From Octopus sinensis (taxonomy: Eukaryota), in contig NW_021832948.1 in NCBI RefSeq assembly GCF_006345805.1, positions 1 to 29,373 on the forward strand: a stretch of 29,373 bases of DNA. Direction: 5' to 3'. The translations under genes were made by a program, and so were the position numbers. Below are positions 1-10,488 of this stretch, piece after piece. Position 1 is the stretch's first letter. Each line of letters begins with the position of its first letter. The notes beneath the pieces are model-generated. The model saw nothing but the letters and a program-made list of their open reading frames with translations. It did no database searches and was not told where the DNA came from.

Positions 1-129
1 TATATATTTGATAAAACGTAGTATAACAAAAGAAAGAAAGAGACCTCAATATTATGTAAATAGAGGAAATTTATATATAAAGTAGATGCAGTTGCACTCA
101 ATACAGACACAAAATAACTGTTTCAAACT

Positions 130-312
130 TTCACACACGGGCCAGAAATTATTGGGAGAAAGGATTCAGACCATTGGTAATATATTTTAGGGATCTCGAA
201 ACGATAAAAGACAAATTTGACTCCTGTGGTATTTGAACTGAGGACGTAAAACCGAAAGAAATACCGCAAGCATTTTATCCGAGGCACTTACGGTTCAGCC
301 AGTGTGCCTCTA
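130..312 (-). mobile_element. SINE family B, degenerate copy
   Basis: Decayed match to the family B core at 324-542 and 6740-6937 (atttgaact box B reverse complement, gaaataccgc-aagcattt). Confidence 0.55.
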
Positions 313-323
313 AATAATAATAA

Positions 324-542
324 TTCTTTCTATTATAGGCACAAGGCCTGAAATTTTGAGTGAGGGGGGGGGGCTTATAGACTCCAGTGTTTCACTGATA
401 CTTAATTTATCGAAACTGAAAGGATGAAAGGCGAAGTCGACTCCGGTAGAATTTGAACTCAGGACGTAAAAACGGACGAAATATCAATAAGAATTGTTAG
501 TCCCCCCCCCCCCAGCATGCTAACGATTCCGCTAGCTCGCCA
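324..542 (-). mobile_element. SINE family B (tRNA-derived), near full length
   Basis: Minus strand reads ggcgagctagcggaatcgttagc (box A-like), gagttcaaattc (box B), ggagtcgacttcgcctttcatcc central domain, then an (ATT)n tail. Confidence 0.8.
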
Positions 543-560
543 CAATAATGATAATAATCA

Positions 561-750
561 TTTCTACTAAAGGCACAAGGCCTGAATTGTTGGTGGGGGT
601 GGGGAGTAGTCGATTATACTAACCCGTCTTTCACTGGTACTTAATATATCGACTCCGAAAGGATGAAAGGTAAAGTCGACCTCGGCGGAATTTGAACTCA
701 GAATGTAGCAACGGGCGAAATACCGCCAAGCATTTCGTCCGGCGTGTTAG
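561..750 (-). mobile_element. SINE family B, head clipped at (TAA)n
   Basis: Same central domain (gaaaggatgaaaggtaaagtcgacctcggcggaatttgaactcag) as the other family B copies. Confidence 0.8.
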
Positions 751-752
751 TA

Positions 753-808
<56 letters not shown>
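751..808. repeat. (TAA)n microsatellite
   Basis: Direct reading. Confidence 0.95.
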
Positions 809-811
<3 letters not shown>

Positions 812-1243
812 CATCTCCTGTGATCATAATATCTCGGCGAAAGAGTTTGACAAGCTCAGAAAATATAAAGACCTACTCATTGAAATTGAGAAAATGTGGC
901 ATCTCAAGGCGGTTACAATACCTGATCGTAGGAGCACTAGGAATGATCAAGAGGGTAACCGAAAATTATATGAGATGATCCCTGCTTACCATCCCTGCAA
1001 GAAGTGCAAAAGATGTCTTAACTGGTACATCACACGTATTGAGAAGAGCATTGTCGATGTGAAACTATTACTACCCATGTATTTTAATTTAACTTAAAAA
1101 AAAAATTTTTTTTAATGAACGAACTATTGAGTTTAGTTTAATGGCCTACCAATGTATACTATGAGTTTCTTTGCCCAAGGAGTCGGGAAGACACTCGGCA
1201 AGAAATGGAAGCAAATTTGAAAGAAGAAGAAAAAAAGATAACA
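807..1243 (+). mobile_element. 5'-truncated R4/Dong-like non-LTR retrotransposon (RLE C-terminus plus 3' UTR)
   Basis: Frameshifted translation SISCDHNISAKEFDKLRKYKDLLIEIEKMWHLKAVTIP / IVGALGMIK / PSLQEVQK / VLTGTSHVLRRALSM* (stop 1060-1062) fits the R4-clade restriction-like endonuclease end. A 3' UTR and (TAA)n tail follow. Confidence 0.8.
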
Positions 1244-1328
<85 letters not shown>

Positions 1329-1331
1329 TAA
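1244..1331. repeat. (TAA)n microsatellite / element tail
   Basis: Direct reading. Confidence 0.95.
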
Positions 1332-2194
1332 TCGAAAGAAGGGGGGAAGTCGGAGAGAAAATGCTGGGAATGTCAGAATGAAAGCTTTATTTATAAGGTG
1401 CAGTCAGAAGATAACATTATTTAGTCTGTGACATTTATAAGGTCGCGACATTTGAGATGATGACTTAAAACTTACAATAATGAAAAAAAAAACTTTCGCT
1501 ATAGTATACATATATATATATGTATATATATATATATATGAAAACAACAAAGGCAACATAAAAACATGCGTAGTAAAAACAATAATGGCAATAACAACAA
1601 CGACATTGGCAACAATAATAAGAATAGAGAGAGAGAGAAAAAAAAATGGAAGATATTAGAACCATGTATCCACGGCAGACGACAGTGGAAGGCAAGGCTG
1701 TTGAAAAGATATTTGATCTAAAGTATGTTGTTTAATATCACTAAGACACGTGTGATGGAAAAACTGGTTTGGTTTGCTGAAACTAAATACTTCCTGTCGA
1801 GATATCCGACTGTTAAAAGCGTGTATATATACACATAACATACATACATACATACATACATACTACATCCCATACATAATACCATACATAATATATCACA
1901 CACACACACACATTATATATATATATATTATATATATATATATAATAAATAAAATAAATAGAAAAGACATATGATATATATAAACATATATGTACGTACC
2001 TACCTCTACATTGCTATATACACGCATATATGAGTACAGGACACCAAAAAAAAAAACGTTCGAACACAATGAGAAACGAAAAATAAGACACAAACCCAAG
2101 GAACTGGACTTTTTCTTAAACAACAAAAAAATAGAGTACAGGACAATAACACAAAGAAAAAACCACTTCTTCAGTCGCCATGGTTTCATATATA

Positions 2195-2310
2195 TACTCT
2201 TTTACTTATTTCAGTCATTTGACTGTGGCCATGCTGGAGCACTGCTTTTGGTCGAGCACATCGACCTCAGGACTTATTCTTTGGAAGCCTAGTACTTATT
2301 CTATCGGGTT
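2195..2310 (-). mobile_element. SINE family A, 3' fragment
   Basis: ctcttttacttatttcagtcatttgactgtggccatgctggagcac is the reverse complement of the family A tail. Confidence 0.8.
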
Positions 2311-2410
2311 CTTACTGGTCAGACCATATGGGGTCTACCTCTAGCATAATAGATGCCCACTTAGTGGTCATCCCCCTTATATGCTTGTAATATATATATA
2401 TATATATATA

Positions 2411-2763
2411 TAGGTGCAGGAGCGGCTTTGTGGTAATAAGCTAGCTGCCCAAACCACAGGTTCCGGGGTTCAGTCACAACTTCCCACAACGACAGTTGCG
2501 TGTCTTCTGGTTATAGCCTCGGTTCGACCAAAACCTTGTAAGTGGATTTGGTAGATGGAAGCTAAAAGAAGCCATTCGTATATATTTATATATGTATATG
2601 TATGTATTTGAGTGTCTGTGTTTGTCCTCCACCATCGCTTGACAACCGATGATGTGTTTACGTCTCCGTCACTAAGTGGTTCGGCAAAAGGGACCGATAG
2701 GATAAGTACTAGGCTTACAAAGAATAAGTCCTGGCGGTTCTCCAGCATGGTCGCAGTCAAAAG
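2411..2763 (+). mobile_element. SINE family A, diverged near full-length copy
   Basis: taggtgcaggagcggctttgtggt head with ggttcagtc box B, internal TA/TG tract, tail half ending ctccagcatggtcgcagtcaaa. Confidence 0.8.
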
Positions 2764-2816
2764 GACAGACGGATACGCGGATAGACAGACGGACAGACAG
2801 ATAGATGAGATAGACA

Positions 2817-2834
2817 GATAGATAGATAGATAGT

Positions 2835-2902
<68 letters not shown>
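2817..2902. repeat. (GATA)n microsatellite
   Basis: Direct reading. Confidence 0.95.
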
Positions 2903-3163
2903 CAGAAATAAAACCGGAAAGTTTGGTTAAGCCCGGTCTTATGAATTCCTGGGCCTAAGTCTAAGTAATTCAACTGTCTTCATCTAGCAGCACACCAGCG
3001 TGCCTCGCGTGCGGGGTGTGTGTAGGGCTGCTTAACAGTCATTGACGTTTAATTTGATCGACTAAGGCCAATGGCTGTTAAACGTCTGATCTGACTTCGG
3101 TTTTAATAACAAGAACCAAAGAAAATTCAGCTGAAAATCACTACCGCAGCCGCCGCCAGTAGC

Positions 3164-3235
3164 GGTAGTGGTGGTAGTGGTGGTGATGGTGGTGGTGGTG
3201 GTGGTGGTGATGGTGGTGGTGGTGGTGGTGGTGGT
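3164..3235. repeat. (GGT)n microsatellite
   Basis: Direct reading. Confidence 0.9.
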
Positions 3236-3897
3236 CATCGTCGTCGTAATCGTTGTCATGGTTGTCGTCGTGGTTAGTGGTTTCGGGTCGGGCTGGGGTC
3301 CGTTGGTGATAAGTGTTTGCATTCAGGTCGTAGAGAGAAAATGAAAAATGAACGCCTGAAAGTCGTCTGATGCGAACTTCGGCAACACACTCAGACAAGT
3401 CAGCTGTTGTACTTCTCATATATACAAAACCATTGAAAAGGACCCAGCAAATCAAGAGGACATGCTTAGAACAGCCAAAATGTAAAATGCTTATTGGCAA
3501 TTCCAATTCTTCTAAGAGACCAGCTGTTATAAATCCACTGTCGCGCTTCCTCCACATGTCCTGGTTAACTAATGCATGGAATGCGAGATTAAACACGTTC
3601 ATAACGATACGGAATTATTCTCTTATTCGTTTTCTTTTTCAAATAAAACACTCGACATACCTCTCCGTATACAAATATATATATATATATATATATAATA
3701 TTTTATAATTACGAGTATAAATATAATTTAGGTTTCAGCAAAGATTCGCTTTACCACATACCGAAGTTTAGAAATAGCAGCCAAAGAACTTTAGCTATTT
3801 CTTCTAGTATAAGAAGAGACACCCGGACAAAACAAAATACTCGAAATAACCCACGCAGACAGAGAGGAAAAAATATCGAAATTCACTCGGTATTTGA

Positions 3898-4090
3898 TTA
3901 CCTGTGGACGCGTTTCGGAATTCGATCGGTATGAAGAATGTAAAATTCATACTTCACCCAAACATTTTCCTCTTCAGCACAGGATTCCACGATATAAAAT
4001 TTGAGAGCACTGGAAAAATTGAACATACCAATCCAATTCAAAACAGTATCAAACAGATCATATTCAACGTCCAGTACCGACGAATTCAAA
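3898..4090 (-). mobile_element. Possible Penelope-like remnant (GIY-YIG C-terminus-like peptide)
   Basis: Minus peptide LKFYIVESCAEEENVWVKYEFYI loosely resembles a GIY-YIG C-terminal helix, and the minus strand carries GAAACGCGTC (3907-3916), typical of PLE hammerhead 3' halves. Weak. Confidence 0.25.
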
Positions 4091-4093
4091 AAA

Positions 4094-4135
<42 letters not shown>

Positions 4136-4159
4136 ATTGCAGCGTGGAAGGTGTTGTGA

Positions 4160-4428
4160 GCCATTTAAAAAAAAAACACAGAAACTGTTAGATCCACTTC
4201 AACATTTAAAATTTAATCTGTCAAAATAGTTTTCGTCGCTTTGAGACCATCACCTGTTCACTTACAAATTCTGTGCTGCATCTCGGAATTATGAGTCCCT
4301 GGGACCTAAGATGCAGCACGGAATTTTGTCAGTGAACAGGTGATGGTCTCAAAGCGACGAAAACTATTTTGACAGATTAAATTTAAGTTGAAGTGAATCT
4401 AACGGTTTTTGTATGTTTCTTAAATGGC
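4160..4428. repeat. Long fold-back inverted repeat (arms about 4160-4283 and 4309-4428)
   Basis: tagatccacttcaac...ctgtgctgcatct is the near-exact reverse complement of agatgcagcacgg...gttgaagtgaatcta, with a 25-nt spacer. Confidence 0.9.
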
Positions 4429-4492
4429 AAATGGTTTTGTTTCAGCACACGATCACAGATCAGGCCACTTGCTATGCAAGTACATATGTGTA

Positions 4493-4493
<1 letters not shown>

Positions 4494-4565
<72 letters not shown>
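4494..4565. repeat. (CA)n microsatellite
   Basis: Direct reading. Confidence 0.95.
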
Positions 4566-4569
<4 letters not shown>

Positions 4570-4732
4570 TGCATATATGTATTTATCTCTTATATAGACG
4601 TTTATAGACGCGTAATTATGAGGGCGTGCTGAAATTTTCTGTCTTTTCGTGAAAGAAAATACAGAAGAACCACTTCATTACGATTTTATTCAACAACAAC
4701 AACAACAACAAAAGAAGTGAAATAGAACCGGT

Positions 4733-5088
4733 GCATGTTCTTTTATTCTTTTATTTGTTTCAGTCATTTCACTGCGGCCATGCCGGAGCACCGCCTTTTA
4801 GTCGAGAAAATCGACTTTTTAAGCCTAGTACTTATTCTAGCGGTCGCTTTTGCCGAACTGCTAAGTTACGGAGATGTAAACACACCAGCATTGGTTGTCA
4901 TGTGATGTTGGGGGGAAATTACAGACACAGAAACATATATATATATATTTTCCCCCAACATCGCATGACAACCGATGCTGGTGTGTTTACGTCCCCGTAA
5001 CTTAGCCGTTCGGCACAATCGACCGATAGAATAAGTACTAAGCTTATACACACACACACACACACACACACACCCATATATATATAGA

Positions 5089-5120
<32 letters not shown>

Positions 5121-5336
5121 ATTATATATATATATATATACATATATATAATATATATATATATTTATATATATACGACGGGTTTCTTTCAGTTTCGTCT
5201 ACCAAATCCACTCACAAGGATTTGGTCAGCTCGAGGTTATAGCAGAAGGCGTTTGCCCAAGGTGCCACGCAGTGGGACTGAACCTGGAATCATGTGGTTG
5301 GTAAGCAAGCTACTTACCACGCAGCCACTCCTGCGC
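4733..5336 (-). mobile_element. SINE family A with internal inverted duplication
   Basis: Tail half 4733-4920 (minus), inverted copy of part of it at 4948-5045, CA/TA tract, head half 5173-5336 (minus). Confidence 0.85.
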
Positions 5337-5894
5337 TTACTCCTGTGTTTACTTTTGACATAATGACCCACCCAATTTATTGCAAAAGGTATGATTAATG
5401 AATGTTCTTTTATCTTATGAACATGAAGCGCTTTTTTCGCGAAACCAAATCCCGCGACCACCACCACCACCACTGCCGCTTTTAGTATTTGCATTATCGA
5501 AATTATGAGACAGGTGGGAGGAGGGGAGGGGCAGAACAGAACGGAAAATGTTGGTACTTTGTATCCGTCTTTTAGTTCTAAAGCCTCACAGCAGTATTTA
5601 TATGGGATTCCTCTTTAATTTCTCTAGCTCCAGTTTCTCTGCATTTATTTACGGTACGTTTTATTGGTTTGCTTTCTGCCATGGTATCTGTGCCAGCAAT
5701 ATTTGTAGAAATATTCACATCATTGCTTCAGTTGTGCTATTACAAAAAATACTTTCGTTTACCTGTGTTTACCTGCAGATTTTTATTTTTTATTTTTACG
5801 AATATTCGTTTCGCCGACAGAGAAAAAAAGAGTCGGTTTCTAAACAAGGAACAAGGCTATTTCACTCGGATTTCGAACAACATCAACAGAGGCA

Positions 5895-6050
5895 GGCGTG
5901 GCTGTGTCGTAAGAAGCTTGCATCCGAACAACCTGATTCCGAGTTCAATCCCACTGCTTGGCACCTTAGTCAAGTGTCTTCTACTATAGCTTCGGACCGA
6001 CCAAGGCCTTGTGAGTGGACTTGGTACACGAAAAGTGAAAGACACCCGTC
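5895..6050 (+). mobile_element. SINE family A, head half only
   Basis: ggcgtggctgtgtcgtaagaagcttg...gagttcaatccc...gacacccgtc, ending at the internal CA tract. Confidence 0.8.
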
Positions 6051-6089
6051 ACACACACACACACACACATATATATGTGTGCATATATA

Positions 6090-6478
6090 TACTCTTTTTA
6101 CTCTTTTACTTGTTTCAGTCAGTTGACTGCGGCCATGCTGGAGCACCGCCTTTAGTCGAGCAACTTATTCTTGTAAGCCTAGTACTTATTCTATCGGTCT
6201 CTTTTGCCGAACCGCTAAGTGACGGGGACGTAAACACGCCAGCATCGGTTGTCAAGCAATGCTAGGGGGACAAACACAGACACGCAAACATATATATACA
6301 TACATATATACGACAGGCTTCTTTCAGTTTCCGTCAACCAAATCCACTCACAAGGCTTTTGGTCGGCCCGAGGGCTATAGTGAAGAACCACTTGCCCAAG
6401 GTGCCACGCAGTGGGACTGAACCCGGAACCATGTGGTTGGTAAGCAAGCTACTTACCACACAGCCACTCCTGCGCCTA
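6090..6478 (-). mobile_element. SINE family A, full length
   Basis: Minus strand starts taggcgcaggagtggctgtgtggtaagtagcttg (box A tggctgtgtggt, box B ggttcagtccc), has a CORE-like ccttgggcaagt, and ends in an (agtaaaag) tail. Probably one of the tRNA-derived Octopus SINEs (OK/OR1/OR2); which one is not established. Confidence 0.9.
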
Positions 6479-6511
6479 TATATATATATATATATATATA
6501 TCGCAAAATAT

Positions 6512-6732
6512 AGTTACCAACTAAATGTGGCGGTCCTATACAAGCCGGTGCTACTGTTGTTTTTAGCCCCAAGAAGACATTTGCTACAGCTGGACAAGGA
6601 CACAGTCTGTGTCCGGTTAGTAATTGCGAGGGAGGTTATCACTCCCATCTCTAGCCTTACGTGATACACACAGACCCAAGTTTCTGGGTGGTTACCCTTC
6701 TTCAGTGTGTGTTAATCGCTGGCTAGTGAGGA
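6512..6732 (-). mobile_element. Hammerhead-bearing short repeat, family P1 (copy 1)
   Basis: Reverse complement aligns with 10205-10405 (gtatcacgtaaggct.gagatg, cacagactgtgt, ggggctaaaa-caacagta, tgtataggac). Confidence 0.75.
6666..6712 (-). ncRNA. Type I hammerhead ribozyme candidate
   Basis: ACACACA-CUGAAGA-A-GGGU(AACC)ACCC-A-GAAA-C-UUGG-GUC-UGUGUGU: 7-bp stem I, intact core, GUC triplet; A.A at 10.1/11.1. Confidence 0.7.
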
Positions 6733-6739
6733 AGAAATC

Positions 6740-6937
6740 CTTCCACTCGAAATTTGTGGGAGGAGGATAGTCGATTGCATCGACCCCAGTACTCAACTGG
6801 TACTTAATTTATCGTCGCCGAAAGGATGAAAGGCAAAGTCGACCTCAGCGGAATTTGAACACAGAACGTAGCGGCAGACGAAATAACGCTAAGTATTTCT
6901 CCCTACGTGTTAACGATTCTGCCAGCTCGCCGCCTTA
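6740..6937 (-). mobile_element. SINE family B, near full length
   Basis: Minus strand starts ggcggcgagctggcagaatcgttaacacg and contains gtgttcaaattccgctgaggtcgactttgcctttcatcc. Confidence 0.85.
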
Positions 6938-7465
6938 AATAGTACAAATATCAACTGATGTCGAACTCAACACGTTCAACGATGTGGATAGAAATATTTA
7001 TGGCATCGAAAGTTGAGAGATAACTTTTGGTTTCTCCCAGACGCGAATAGTCAAGGTCAAAACTCAAAACAGACAGCAAACCTTCGATATAATAAACAAA
7101 TATATGTATGCATGGACACAGGGCTGCAAATATATATATATATATGTATATATGCGCATGCACACACATGGTGTAAACATGAATATCATTGAAAATGGGG
7201 GCTTTAGGACATGTCAAACTCCTTGAACGTCCGCCATATTTTGACAGCGTATTTGGTGGCTTGTAGCTCTAATCTCTCGATGTGTGCGTGTATGTAACTT
7301 ATTGCGTATTTTAAATGGGCGTATTTTACGTAGTTGTGTGTGTGTGTGAGTGCGTGTGTGCTAATGTGCTGTGTAAGATAGAACACATCTGAAACAAAGT
7401 TCCAATTTATGCGTGAGTGTTAGAGATAAAGAATGTCTGCGTGTGTGAGCATGTACCTGCATATG

Positions 7466-7485
7466 TATTATTATTATTATTATTA

Positions 7486-7542
<57 letters not shown>
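7466..7542. repeat. (TTA)n microsatellite
   Basis: Direct reading. Confidence 0.95.
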
Positions 7543-7737
7543 GTGTTTTGACATTTGTACAAGTTGGCTCCAAGTCTCACCCAGAGACCTCAAGAGACAA
7601 CAAGCTAGAAGTTCATGTTGGTGTTATGCCTAAGGTGCCATATATTTGGTTTTGTACATTGTGTTGTTCAAGAGAATGTTTAAGAAACCATAAGAAAATT
7701 ATGTTTGTTTTAAAACTTGAGATTACAAAGAAAGTAT
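7543..7737 (-). mobile_element. 3' end of a second R4/Dong-like element
   Basis: Minus strand: ata ctt tct ttg taa (ILSL*), then a 3' UTR with tctcttgaggtctctgggtgagacttggag (similar to ccaaggagtcgggaagacactcgg in the 807-1243 UTR), then an (AAT)n tail. (TTA)n on both sides. Confidence 0.55.
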
Positions 7738-7753
7738 TATTATTATTATTATT

Positions 7754-8302
7754 GAGTGAGAGAGCAGTACATGCCATCGAAGTGACCCTGGGGTAAAATA
7801 TACGAAGCCCAGTATACCCATCATGACCACCCGTCTGATAAGGGTACACCAGGCATATGCATCACAAGCATATGTGCGCGACATGGTGATCTCATATTAA
7901 GATAAACAGCGTATGAACTTGCAGGTGGGGCCCAGTTAAAATTTTCTTCTGGTCGAGTAGCCCATCCCGCTCAAAAGGTCCCTGAATAAGGGTTGTTTAA
8001 GAATTTTGAACGAAACACTCATGTTTCCAGAGGTGAATTATTCAAGCCTCAAAGAATTCCTCTCATCACATGGCTATGATGCTCCCCCACTACTTCTGCT
8101 TGTGATCAGAGATGCACGTATCGTCAGCCATTAAGGGACATGCTCAAGTGGTTAAGGTCAAACAATTGACAAGCAAATCTGTGGTATTGAGCAGAATATT
8201 TGGTGTAGCCCATCTTTTATACCAAGACAAAACAATGTACATGATAACACTTCCAATAACTTAAGATCAGCAGCCACGAGAGCCAATGCCTGGTACTGCA
8301 TC
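7754..8302 (-). mobile_element. ~550-bp non-coding interspersed repeat, unclassified, (AAT)n-tailed
   Basis: Complex sequence bounded by (TTA)n on both sides with no ORF. I recall it as a common octopus repeat (unverified). Strand inferred from the tail. Confidence 0.5.
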
Positions 8303-8304
8303 TA

Positions 8305-8306
<2 letters not shown>

Positions 8307-8358
<52 letters not shown>

Positions 8359-8366
8359 CATTATTA
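8307..8366. repeat. (TTA)n microsatellite
   Basis: Direct reading. Confidence 0.95.
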
Positions 8367-8570
8367 CCATGGCCAGGTTCCAACCTGGGCCGCAGGAACA
8401 AAGACTACCAGCCACACTCCTCAGTCCAACATCACAAACTGGAGTCCACGAGACTAATGTGGATGGATGCTCCCAGGTTAGGGTTGTGCTTGCAGTGACC
8501 AGATAGTCGCAACCATCTTCGCCTGATCTTCTCGCTAACATTCGGCAGGTCTCTGGATATCCTTGTTGCT
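8367..8570 (-). mobile_element. RTE-clade LINE, decayed 3' end
   Basis: Minus frame ISRDLPNVSEKIRRRWLRLSGHCKHNPNL, then LVSWTP after a frameshift, matches the RTE ORF C-terminal RRLRLAGHC...LVLWEP motif. A hairpin (ccaggtt-cc-aacctgg) precedes the (AAT)n tail. Confidence 0.65.
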
Positions 8571-9119
8571 TATTTTGATTATATATATATACACGATGCA
8601 CGGGCAACAAGAACTGCTGCTGTATTGGTCTTCCACACATTCTCCAAGACACCGAGCTAAATCATTACAAATTCAAACAACTTTCCCGTAATAAACAAGA
8701 GCTTTATTTATTCATTTCTTTACTTCATAATTATTTGTTTTCTTTTCCCCATAATAACTTCATCCTTTTGTTTTTTATTCAAACCCAGAGTAAATGAAAC
8801 AGTTTACTTATTGCAATCAAAGCCATTTAATTTCACGGTCTCTCAAAAGAAAAAGAAAAAACAATAGGCCGCATTTATAATTACTTCCTTGTCGAATCGA
8901 ATATTGCATGGTTTGTTTTTGTTTTTTTTAATTTTTCTCTAACAAAGAGATGAAAAACAAAATATAATAAGAAAGTAGAAAGAAGAACAAAACAAAAGGC
9001 AGTAATATTTTTAAACATCTCACAAAATACAAAATATATAACTACACACACACACATACACACACATATACAACCACGTAATAAACGTTATACATAAACT
9101 CACCTCACTTTGTAGTTAT

Positions 9120-9131
9120 TATTCAGTATAC

Positions 9132-9187
<56 letters not shown>

Positions 9188-9190
9188 GTA

Positions 9191-9268
<78 letters not shown>

Positions 9269-9270
9269 TA
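9120..9270. repeat. (TG)n/(TA)n microsatellite block
   Basis: Direct reading. Confidence 0.9.
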
Positions 9271-9417
9271 GGCGTGGCTGTGTTGTAAGAAGCTTGCCTC
9301 TCAACCGCACAGCTCTGGGTTCAGTCCCACTATGTGCCACTTCTGGCAAGTATCTTCTACAATAGCCTCGGGTTGACCAAACCCTTGTGAGTGGATTTGG
9401 TAGGCGGAGAAACCCGT

Positions 9418-9420
<3 letters not shown>
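9270..9420 (+). mobile_element. SINE family A, head half only
   Basis: aggcgtggctgtgttgtaagaagcttgc...ggttcagtccc...gaaacccgtcg, ending at a CA tract. Confidence 0.8.
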
Positions 9421-9457
<37 letters not shown>

Positions 9458-9600
9458 TATATATATATAAGAGAACAAAGTGTACGTACGCCGCTATATA
9501 TACATATATAAAATAAAATACAAAATGGGACAAGAACATGTTTTGTCGTCCCGTTCTAGCTTCTTGTCCCATTTTGTTTTTTTTTTTATACATATATATA

Positions 9601-9660
9601 GGGAGACTTCACAAAATATCCAAAAGACGAAGACAGGTGGTATAGGACGCAAACAATATG
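9601..9660. mobile_element. Fragment of repeat family P2
   Basis: gggagacttcacaaaa...aaaagacgaagacaggtgg matches 24095-24140 and 12950-12980. Confidence 0.55.
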
Positions 9661-10073
9661 TATATATATAATATATATATATATACATACATACATATAT
9701 ATGTGATGGAATATATATATATATATATATATATAAATATATAATATATATATTATATATATATATACATATATATATACCCTTGCTATTATGTTAAACT
9801 CTCGTATGTCTAAATTTGGCCAAATGCGTTTTTGTTTTTAAATATTTGTATTAGCTTGCAATAGCCGGTTCTTTTTGTTAAACTATTGTATCTCCAGCTG
9901 CTTCAAAGGCCAAGATGTCAAAAACCGCGAAACTGTAGTTTCAATGCCTTTGCTATGAAATGGGGAAACTATTTTCTCATTTTCTGAAAAAGCAGCATTT
10001 TGGACTTACGACACTTTTGCATCATAATAATAATGATATATATATATATATATATATATATAAACATATATAT

Positions 10074-10488
10074 AAACATTACTATCTGGTACTGTTACTG
10101 TATTTCTCCCGCTCAGAGATTTGAAACAAGTTGTTTTTCTCTATACGAGATCAGCAACTGTGTGTCGCTAAAAGAATATATAGTATTTGCGAGTGGCAAT
10201 AGCTCTCGTCACTGGTTGGTGGTTATCTAACACTGAGGACGGATAACAGCCAGAAACCTAGGTCTGTGAGTATCACGTAAGGCTGGAGATGTGAGCAATG
10301 GCCTCCTTTGCAAATGCTACATACGGTCACAGACTGTGTGTCGATAGTCAGCGGGGTAAGATGTTTTCCTGGGGCTAAAACAACAGTACATTCTCCTGTA
10401 TAGGACTACCACGTTATGTTGGCATATAAACATTATTATCCGGTAATGTTACGGTATTTCCCTCGCTCAGAGATTTAAAACGTTTTTC
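10074..10488 (+). mobile_element. Retrozyme-like P1 unit: 354-bp monomer with terminal direct repeat
   Basis: Direct repeats at 10074-10127 and 10428-10481 (47/54 identical by hand count) flank one hammerhead. The interior is homologous to 6512-6732. Confidence 0.65.
10230..10267 (+). ncRNA. Minimal type I hammerhead ribozyme candidate
   Basis: ACA-CUGAGGA-C-GG(AUAACAG)CC-A-GAAA-CCUAGG-UC-UGU: intact core, palindromic stem III (ACCUAGGU), GUC triplet. Confidence 0.7.
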
